From a virus, in the IMG/VR virus record IMGVR_UViG_3300021478_000216, positions 1-64,000 of that record: a stretch of DNA of 64,000 bases. One strand, written 5' to 3'. Both the position numbers and the translations under genes were made by a program. Positions 57,230 through 64,000 of the stretch are shown here, in pieces; the first letter of the stretch is position 1; each line of letters opens with the position of its first letter. Below the pieces are notes generated by a model. The model was not told the DNA's origin. It saw only the letters and a program-made list of their open reading frames with translations, and searched no databases.

Positions 57230-58720
57230 TTATCTGTCATCTCCTAGAATCTGGCGAAGATCTCGCCACTTACGGATATTTGTTGCTCTAACCTTTGCGT
57301 CTACAGTTTTCGGAGCATAAAAGTCGACGATTTGAACCGAGCTCTTCTGACCTTCACGGTGTAGACGATCTTCGGCTTGCTTGTTCCTGAAAGGTCCCCA
57401 GGCTCTATCAAAGAACACCATTGTGCTAGACGCTCGCTGTAGGCCATCGACACCTTCTCCTCCGGCCTTGATCGTGCCAAGAAAGAAGTCTAGCTTGCCT
57501 GCACTAAAGTTGTCTATGATTTGCTGACGAACTTTATCAGGAGTTCCGCCTGTGTAGACACCTACGCGAGCTCCGGCTGCGTCAAGCCTTGCTGCAGTCA
57601 GGTCTATCATGCCTCTGCTCTGACTGAATACAACAACTGGACTACTAACGTCAGAAGCCCAGTCTATGAAAGCATCTAGTTTGGCTGAAGGTTCTCGTAG
57701 TGCAACCTTCTTGATCGGCTTGCTGAAGCGATCAACCTTGCCAGTATCGCTGAACATTAGGGACGCTAGGGCAGCTTGCTGCAGACGTACGAGCTGTGCA
57801 AAGACGAACATACGGTTGATCCGTAGCTCTTCGTCTTCGTGCTCACCGATCCAAGCTATGAACTCACGCTTCAGCTGGTCGTATACCTTCTGCTGTCCGG
57901 CATACAAAGTAACGTGAACAGGACTGAAGACCTTCTCAGGTAGGTCGAGAACGTCTTCTTTCAGCCGACGCATATAGAACGGAGCGATAAGCGCATGAAA
58001 CTCAGCGAGACGGTCTTGACGCATGCCTGTGACACGCTTATGTATCTGGTGAATTTCGTTGCCATCATCATCGATCCCAAGGAATCGGCCTTCAAACTCT
58101 TCAGTCTCGCACCAGTCCTTGACGAACAGCTTGGTAGGATCCTTTGTCGAGACGTTCGGAAACAGATCAGGACGAGCCCAGTGTAGAGGGCTCCAGAAGT
58201 CCTGAGGGCGATCGTCTGCCATGGACCCAGATAGTCCTGTTCTGTACTGCGTTCTAAGACGCTTGAACGCTTTAGTCTGCAAAGCTTTCGGACTCTTGAT
58301 ACGATGGATTTCATCGGCAATGATGTGAAACCAGACGATGCGTTGAAGAGGTGCCATATCCTTGATACGCAGAGCCTCGTAGTGGACTATATAATACTTA
58401 GCACGACCTAGTTGTACAGCTCGTAGGAATCTGTCTCGGTGCTTACGATCTATGACTACGATATCAGAAGCTGGTACGTTTAGGAGCTCTGCTATCTTCC
58501 TGCGCCACATTTCATGTATGCTCCACGGAGCTATAATGAGCGTTCTCATTTTTGATCCTACATGCGCGCTGCGTAGCCGTTGTTCTATCGCGATAGCTTC
58601 ATGCGTCTTGCCGCAGCCCATCTCATCTGCTATCAACCGTGCAGAAATATCAGGGCTACCTAGTTTGTCAACCAGCTCTTGCTGAAACGGAAACAGCTGC
58701 ACTAAGACGTCATCTCCCAT
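57230..58720 (-). CDS. SNF2-family (SF2) helicase
   Basis: ADEMGCGKT, DEIHR, LSGS, MRRLKEDV, GGEGVD, QAEDRLHREGQ; start MGDDV. Confidence 0.9.
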   Translation of the reverse strand: MGDDVLVQLFPFQQELVDKLGSPDISARLIADEMGCGKTHEAIAIEQRLRSAHVGSKMRTLIIAPWSIHEMWRRKIAELLNVPASDIVVIDRKHRDRFLRAVQLGRAKYYIVHYEALRIKDMAPLQRIVWFHIIADEIHRIKSPKALQTKAFKRLRTQYRTGLSGSMADDRPQDFWSPLHWARPDLFPNVSTKDPTKLFVKDWCETEEFEGRFLGIDDDGNEIHQIHKRVTGMRQDRLAEFHALIAPFYMRRLKEDVLDLPEKVFSPVHVTLYAGQQKVYDQLKREFIAWIGEHEDEELRINRMFVFAQLVRLQQAALASLMFSDTGKVDRFSKPIKKVALREPSAKLDAFIDWASDVSSPVVVFSQSRGMIDLTAARLDAAGARVGVYTGGTPDKVRQQIIDNFSAGKLDFFLGTIKAGGEGVDGLQRASSTMVFFDRAWGPFRNKQAEDRLHREGQKSSVQIVDFYAPKTVDAKVRATNIRKWRDLRQILGDDR

Positions 58721-58838
58721 GGCTCTCCCCTTCCTTCGCCGGAGTGCTTTAGCATGTAACCGAGGAAGATAACGAATACTAGGAGGACTAGAACACAGGC
58801 TCCGCAGATGGCTATAAAGAGCCAGAAGTACCAGGGCA

Positions 58839-59207
58839 TCAAGCGCCTCCCAAGGTTTCGACTTTGACAAGCTGTCGGCGTCGTTGCGCTTCTACCGTGG
58901 TCTCGACACCTAGGAACCCATAGGCGTCCTTTTCTTCCTTGGTCAGTAGGTTGGCCCAATCAAACAAGGCCTCTTCGCAGACATGACGCCACAACGAGGG
59001 GTTCGCGCTGCAGTGTGCACACACTATAGACTCGTTGAGGTGCATGAAGACTTTAAGGTTCTCTACGTGTACCTCTTCGAGTGGAACTGTAATTGTTACA
59101 GGTCCGGTGCTAGTGAAGGGAGCCTTTGAGGTTTGGTGACTATACCGGAACCCTCTAGGAGAGAGCGGCGATATCTCGAAGAAAGGCTCTGGAAAGCACT
59201 CACCCAT
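58839..59207 (-). CDS. hypothetical protein with CxxC...HxC
   Basis: CAHC...RHVC. Confidence 0.5.
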   Translation of the reverse strand: MGECFPEPFFEISPLSPRGFRYSHQTSKAPFTSTGPVTITVPLEEVHVENLKVFMHLNESIVCAHCSANPSLWRHVCEEALFDWANLLTKEEKDAYGFLGVETTVEAQRRRQLVKVETLGGA

Positions 59208-59359
59208 TAGACGTCGTCATCCATTTCAGGATGATCGCACAGAGCTTCGACCAGATCGTGTAGCCAGTTATGCATTGCTAACACCTCCCGATTATTTCGT
59301 ATTTAGTATTTGGATTACTGGCCTATAGTTGAAAAGAACCTGGCTGTTTACTGAATTGC

Positions 59360-59740
59360 TTATACGGCTTCTTCTAGGAGTTCTTCCAGGCGCGCTTCGA
59401 GTATTTCAACGCGAGACTCCAAATCCGTGATACGTTCCTGTTGCGCCATCCATCGCTGACCACCCTGAGCAAAGGCTGCACGCGTCGGAGGCTTAATGAC
59501 TAGCCACTCGCTGGGGATCCCGCGGCCTCCACGGATCTTCTGCTGTATGCAACCCATGGTTCGAAGTCTGCGCATAACCGGAGTGTAAATGCTGATCGAA
59601 TAACCGCACTGCTCAAGAAGGTAGGTCGTGTAGCCACGATAGATAGCAACTCCGTCAACTCGACTCTGAGCGGCTTCGTTCATGGCGTCGTAGACCTTGC
59701 AGCACTGCTCGTACAGACGAGCGTCAACAGCTGTAGGCAT
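59360..59740 (-). CDS. winged-helix-like protein with C-terminal coiled coil
   Basis: YTPVMRRLRTMGCIQQKIRGG; ITDLESRVEILEARL; GAGGAG RBS. Confidence 0.65.
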   Translation of the reverse strand: MPTAVDARLYEQCCKVYDAMNEAAQSRVDGVAIYRGYTTYLLEQCGYSISIYTPVMRRLRTMGCIQQKIRGGRGIPSEWLVIKPPTRAAFAQGGQRWMAQQERITDLESRVEILEARLEELLEEAV

Positions 59741-59759
59741 TACCGCTCCTCTCTTACGT

Positions 59760-60652
59760 CACACTGCTCAGGTATTCTGTGAGGTACATTAAGCCTGCAC
59801 ATCCAGCAACCTTCGGTTGGCCTGGGAGCACCTCCCTCTGCACCGCCACGCATGAACAGGATCAGCAGAGCAGGACCGGCTTGCCTTTTCGCGATCGACC
59901 ATCCATAGGAGGTGCTCCCAGGGTTATGACCGGGCTGCCAGCTGTCCACATTACGCATCTGGCAGCCCGGTGATTGAGTCGCCGGCTCGATACTAGCGCA
60001 CGTGAAGGCGTGCTCTCGACTTCGGACCTTACTCAAGGGTCCTCGAGGTTGAGTATTCCTGCCGGCTACGATTGTAGATCCCGGGAGGGCTGAGCCGCTC
60101 TTGGTCTCGTCAGGGGGAAGACGGACGCACGCCGCCGGGCCGGCGCAATGCCTAGGTTGGACCTGACCTTCGTATCCTCTTGTGTGTGCCCCATTTACGG
60201 ATAGTCGACCTAGGAAGGCTCTGCAGCAGAGTCGTACTGCAGAGCCTCGAGCCGAAACCTGGATTCGAACCAGTGCGTTGCGATCCGAGCGCAAACTCGG
60301 TGCTGACGTCCGACTACGTCGTCTCGGCACGACGAAGGGGACACCAGAGGTGTGGTTCAGCATAGAACGGATGTTCAAATTCATCCCACCGCTCAGCCTG
60401 CGCTTCACCTGCGTTGTCCCCTCCGTCTTTCGTCCGACTTTCGGTTCCTTTAGTCTCAAGGCATCTTGGGTTGTCCCTTGAGCCTTGGAACCTAGTAGCT
60501 GGACGCTTGGGTCCTGCTCGGGCGTGTGGTCGTCATCTGGGAGCTCCCAGACGGATCGTTGCCACTTCCCCGAGCAGGACGTTTAGTCCTGTTCGGTCGT
60601 GTCGAGCTCGCAGGTTGATCAATCCTACCCGCCGCATCCTACCGAACAGGAC
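59760..60652 (-). ncRNA. ~900-nt array of helix-closed structured RNA modules
   Basis: Abutting inverted repeats at 60586-60652, 60511-60580, 60431-60505, 60331-60427, 60251-60328, 60217-60246, 60151-60214, 60061-60144, 59929-59971 and 59821-59922; G-U wobbles favour the minus strand. Confidence 0.72.
60251..60328 (-). ncRNA. non-canonical tRNA-like element
   Basis: GCCGAGAC/GTTTCGGC acceptor, GACGT/ACGTC D-like arm, CCGAG-TTTGCG-CTCGG arm, CTGG-TTCGAAT-CCAG T arm; no CCA; 6-nt anticodon-position loop. Confidence 0.6.
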
Positions 60653-60654
60653 GT

Positions 60655-61260
60655 CTATTCGGCCTCGTCGAAATCTTCGTCTGCCGCAAGGTCCTCGACC
60701 GCAGCAGCGTCCTCGAGATCCGGGTCCTCAGCGGCGTCAGCAGCTTCGCCTTCCGGCTTCGCCTTAGGCTGACCAGGCTGGCGCTTCGGGCGATCCTTCC
60801 ACCACTTGAGGGCGTCTTCCTCGACGAGACCGGGCCGCGTGAGCGTCTCGTTGGTGACGGAGTGTGTCTGGATCTCGTCGAACATGTTGCCGGCCTTGTC
60901 GAAGTGCTTGACAGGCATGCCGTTGGATGCCGACTTGCGTACCAGTCCGTAGACCTGCACAGGGCTCATGCTCTCGCCTGCCAGCCCGAGCTCCACCAGC
61001 TTGTGCCGGAAGGCTACAGGGGAGATGTAGCCTTCGGGGAGATCAGGCTTGCGCCTCTCCGGCTTGTCCTTCGCCTTCTTTGACTTGGTCGCCGCGGCCA
61101 GCTGCTCCTCGAGCTCGACGATTCGAGCCTTCAGCTCATCGACGGTCGGCTCGGCCTCGGTAGCTTCGTCTGTTACGAAGTCGGTCTCGGTCATCTCGGT
61201 TGTCCCTTCTTGCTCGTCCGCCGACACAGGCTGTTGAGCGGCTCTACGCCTGCTTGCCAT
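60655..61260 (-). CDS. putative nucleic-acid-binding protein with acidic termini
   Basis: Coiled coil, K/R patch, ISPVAF...SPVQVYGLVRK HTH-like core; strongly GC3-biased codons; first gene after a strong promoter. Confidence 0.7.
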   Translation of the reverse strand: MASRRRAAQQPVSADEQEGTTEMTETDFVTDEATEAEPTVDELKARIVELEEQLAAATKSKKAKDKPERRKPDLPEGYISPVAFRHKLVELGLAGESMSPVQVYGLVRKSASNGMPVKHFDKAGNMFDEIQTHSVTNETLTRPGLVEEDALKWWKDRPKRQPGQPKAKPEGEAADAAEDPDLEDAAAVEDLAADEDFDEAE

Positions 61261-61310
61261 GATCAGCTCCTGTTGTCCCTAGTCAGCTCCACATTTCTGC
61301 GTATACTAAT

Positions 61311-61348
61311 ATTATAGCTGTAGCCTCAAGGCGCTTGCAAGAGGCTAC
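61311..61348 (-). promoter_or_regulatory. leftward promoter TTGCAA-18-TATAAT bracketed by a GTAGCCTC/GAGGCTAC inverted repeat
   Basis: Read directly; 8-bp inverted repeat at 61320-61327 and 61341-61348. Confidence 0.8.
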
Positions 61349-61390
61349 TGAGGGGAAAAATTCTTGAATTTTCGCGGACTGTGTTTGTGA

Positions 61391-61801
61391 CTAGAGTACA
61401 GCGATAATTACGGCCATAATTATAACCAAGACTATTATCACATTGATAGACTCTTGAGCAGTCAGCTGCTGTGGTGGTCGCTTCTTGACTGGAGCCTGCT
61501 TAGGCTCCTTGACGGCTACTGTAGTGATAGGCTCTGCGTACAGGTCAGTCATTCGGTCCTTGGCGTAAGCGTGTCCTGTCCTGATAAACTCACTGCGCCA
61601 CCAGTCATAGGTCTGTACTATGTTGACCTTATGCAAGTCCTCGTAGATCGCGTCCGTCGTGGTCCACACAGGACAGTTACTGCATACCTTCAGAGAACCG
61701 TTTTCAGGCCGAACTATACGACAGGTGTAGTTCGAACTTGGGCCGTGTCGATAGTTCTGGCAAGTGCCTCGGAACTTATCCTGATCTACTTCGATAGTCA
61801 T
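61391..61801 (-). CDS. Cys-containing protein with C-terminal TM anchor
   Basis: C..H..C..CxxC; hydrophobic tail. Confidence 0.6.
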   Translation of the reverse strand: MTIEVDQDKFRGTCQNYRHGPSSNYTCRIVRPENGSLKVCSNCPVWTTTDAIYEDLHKVNIVQTYDWWRSEFIRTGHAYAKDRMTDLYAEPITTVAVKEPKQAPVKKRPPQQLTAQESINVIIVLVIIMAVIIAVL

Positions 61802-62121
61802 GACTCATCATCGGTCTCTTCCCGCTCGAACTTGAGCAGGACGTAGGTATTGCCTGGCTGAAGGTGTCGAGATTCGTTGTTCACTTTGACCTCCAGCGGG
61901 TTCTTTGCACTATTTGGAACGGCTATAGTAGAAGCTGTCACATGGAGTCCTCGGACACGTGCAGTACGTCGCGCTAGGAGTACGAAGCTTTCAGCCATGC
62001 ACCGGAAGTCCTTCTTCTCAACTAGGAGACGCTCCGTACCATCAGTCCACTCGTTCCAAGGGTAGGCTGGTGGACGACCTAGACGGACAGTGCGGTCTTC
62101 GTTCGGGTAGTAGTTAGTCAT
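61798..62121 (-). CDS. small putative DNA-binding protein ('YxWxxxTDG' family)
   Basis: GRPPAYPWNEWTDG...KDF..ESF...ARRTARVRG. Confidence 0.7.
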   Translation of the reverse strand: MTNYYPNEDRTVRLGRPPAYPWNEWTDGTERLLVEKKDFRCMAESFVLLARRTARVRGLHVTASTIAVPNSAKNPLEVKVNNESRHLQPGNTYVLLKFEREETDDES

Positions 62122-62138
62122 TAGTTGTTCCTTCCTTT

Positions 62139-62282
62139 GTAGATACCCTCAAGGCCCTGTTCAGCACCCAGAACTGAACAGGACTTTCAAGGCAACTACC
62201 GTAGTTACCTCAAGGCCCTGCCCGAGCCGCCTCGTAAGGCGTTCCCGCGCCGTACGGCTCGGACAGGACGTTCAGGCGACTA
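62139..62282 (-). promoter_or_regulatory. two tandem GUCCUG...CAGGGC stem-loops (RNase III-like candidates)
   Basis: 62202-62282 and 62139-62199; both read AA[CA]GTCCTGT...CAGGGCCTTGAGG with outer stems. Confidence 0.62.
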
Positions 62283-63374
62283 GTGTCCGCTAATGAAGTA
62301 GACGTAGCCCCAGTGTGCACCCGGCCACGGTGTGATCGAGCCTGGTCCGGTCACCGGCTGGTAGAACACGGTGTAACCGTGACCCGCCAGCAGGCCTCCG
62401 TAGACCGCTTCGTTCAGTCCGAGCTGACCGTGAACCCAGCCCTGGTGACCATTGATCGCGCCAGGCCCGACGATCGTGAAGTGATCCCACGACGGCGATC
62501 CTGACTGGACGAAGAACACGTTCTCGCGGGAACTGTTGATGCCCGCAACCGCATGCCCGTGAGACAGCCTCGGAGTGTCGTTACCGACGATCGCGCCGTC
62601 GACTTCGACCTTGAAGGTGTCGACAGCGACAGCACCCATCGTGTCCGTCGCAGTGACGGACAGTCCGCTGTACTCATCGGGTCGAGCGTTGGTAGCCACC
62701 AGGTGGCTGCCGTTCAGGGCCACACCGTTCGGTGCATTGGCCAAGGTAAAGCCTGCACCGGTTGGAGTGCTGACGAAGTCGATCGCGTCGGTTACGTTGT
62801 TGTTCGTGCCGATAAGAGTTACGTCGTCAGTTACAGCGGTCACATCGATCGCGGTGAGATGGCCAGCCACGATGACAGGCACTGCGGTCAGCATCTCGAA
62901 CGCCTTGGCTACGCCGTCTGTTGCGCTCACCGTGAGACTGATGTTCTGGTTGTTGGCAGGAGTGATCACAGGAGCAGTTGGCGTGACTGTCAGCAGACCG
63001 CTCGTCTGATCGATACTGATCAGAGTACTGGGCGGAATGTTGGTCTCACTGTCAATGTGCCAGGTCAGCGAGCCGTGAGACCCGAGCCCTGCGAACTGTA
63101 CACACATCACCGACGGTACCGTGAATACGCTAAACGAGCTACCGAGAAACGTAGCGGTCACAGGTGGTGTGGTCGGGCAGGTTACTGGCCCCTGCTCCCA
63201 GGCGTCCGCTGAGATTCCCGTGATCGCGTCCACGCTCTGGTGACTGGCTGTGATCTGCGTATCACCGTAGATCGGCGCAGCAGTCGCACGGTTAGCACCG
63301 AAGATGCCAGCGACGATAGCGGCGACGATCGCAATGATCGCACCTACTATCAGCTTCCTCTTCTTCCCAATCAT
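62280..63374 (-). CDS. secreted/membrane-anchored protein with Ig-like (He_PIG-like) domains
   Basis: Signal peptide with AxA site; ISIDQTSGLL, LTVSATDG, LSVTATD. Confidence 0.7.
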   Translation of the reverse strand: MIGKKRKLIVGAIIAIVAAIVAGIFGANRATAAPIYGDTQITASHQSVDAITGISADAWEQGPVTCPTTPPVTATFLGSSFSVFTVPSVMCVQFAGLGSHGSLTWHIDSETNIPPSTLISIDQTSGLLTVTPTAPVITPANNQNISLTVSATDGVAKAFEMLTAVPVIVAGHLTAIDVTAVTDDVTLIGTNNNVTDAIDFVSTPTGAGFTLANAPNGVALNGSHLVATNARPDEYSGLSVTATDTMGAVAVDTFKVEVDGAIVGNDTPRLSHGHAVAGINSSRENVFFVQSGSPSWDHFTIVGPGAINGHQGWVHGQLGLNEAVYGGLLAGHGYTVFYQPVTGPGSITPWPGAHWGYVYFISGH

Positions 63375-63415
63375 GGATCGGGTTCCTTTCAGTTGTTACT
63401 GCAGGCGCAGGTTGC

Positions 63416-63462
63416 GCCCCAAACCGGGACGTCTGTCTCCAGACGCCCCGGAGTCTTGAGGA
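63416..63462 (-). promoter_or_regulatory. stem-loop with GNRA (GAGA) tetraloop
   Basis: CCGGGGCGTCTG-GAGA-CAGACGTCCCGG upstream of the Ig-like gene. Confidence 0.45.
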
Positions 63463-64000
63463 CTACTGAAGGTTAGAGACCTTGTAGCGTCCATGTGTCG
63501 GTCTGAGACTTGCGAAGTTCCTGGAGTTCCCAGTTACTCTGGGCGGGGTCTGGGCCCTGCGAGTTACTCGCGCCTCTGTTCATGACATCACTGTCCAGAT
63601 ACTCGTCTTAGTATCCCACAGCTCCCGCATCTCCCAGCCGCTCAGCCATATAGGTTTGTCCGGCCCTGTGGGGGTGCTATCGCCGTTACTGATACTCGCG
63701 CCCTTCATATATTTCCTTCTGTTGTCTATACCGAGTTTCTCGGCACTAGCCAGTCGGGTAGCGCTGGCATGGTCTGGGTGTCCGCGAATCCATGTTCGTG
63801 AGACACCCTCACAGGCCACGGTGCCTGTGAGCCTAGCTGCATCCCTTCGTACACTTCTAGCGGTGGGATGATCTGTTGCTCCGGTTACTAGTTGGAATTC
63901 TAATATAGTTCACTTTTGACTATTAGGATACCTTAGAGGCCTCACCTCCTTCCGTTCTGGATTTGGTGATCTTTAGTTATACACATCGAGTGAGTTTCGC

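Noticed and set aside
60095-60115. CTGACGA (minus strand) suggesting a hammerhead ribozyme core
   Set aside because: I could not find the required stem II-GAAA and closing helices.
59740-60459. 239-aa minus-strand ORF, plus the 60182..60481 and 60414..60767 plus-strand ORFs
   Set aside because: Arg/Ser/Gly/Pro-rich with no motif or clear RBS; overlaps dense inverted repeats and a tRNA-like fold, so better explained as ncRNA.
60511-62282. CRISPR array interpretation of the GTCCTG repeats
   Set aside because: They are inverted repeats with irregular spacing, not direct repeats with uniform spacers; the only Cas4-like gene sits in an SSB/Sak4 recombination context.
1-64000. Stop-codon reassignment (TAG or TGA)
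   Set aside because: Core genes are full length in code 11 and end in all three stops; only one internal TGA was seen, and the tRNA-like element has no suppressor anticodon.
63940-64000. Joining the window end to position 1 would complete the 1..265 ORF in frame (…KLVIVSETHSMC…)
   Set aside because: Could be chance; no terminal repeat is visible and an exact 64000-bp genome cannot be assumed.
1-64000. Prophage/integration module
   Set aside because: No integrase, att-like junction or flanking host genes recognised in the window.

Overview
The window is most or all of a tailed dsDNA phage genome (siphovirus-type morphogenesis). The host is probably actinobacterial, inferred from Rpf/LysM and NlpC/P60 genes and actinophage-style gene families. 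The layout has three blocks. (1) A leftward block, 1-9.7 kb, with secreted glycan/peptidoglycan hydrolases, a RepA-like helicase and a miniature divergent family-B polymerase. (2) A rightward virion and lysis block, 9.85-40.4 kb: TerL, portal, scaffold, MCP, two PGPTW-repeat proteins, tail genes with a -1 frameshift chaperone, tape measure, holin and endolysin. (3) A leftward replication/modification block, 40.45-64 kb: UDG-fused family-A polymerase, SSB, Sak4-like ATPase, Cas4-like nuclease, SNF2 helicase and a 7-deazaguanine DNA-modification set (folE, queD, queE, queC, dpdA-like). I recognised no integrase, primase or small terminase. The most unusual feature is a ~900-nt non-coding tract (59.76-60.65 kb) built from about a dozen abutting helix-closed RNA modules, including a non-canonical tRNA-like fold. 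Related GUCCUG...CAGGRC stems recur elsewhere in the genome. The second is a helicase / 145-aa protein / mini-PolB operon that could be a priming or protein-primed synthesis module. All calls come from reading motifs by eye; no database searches or folding programs were run.
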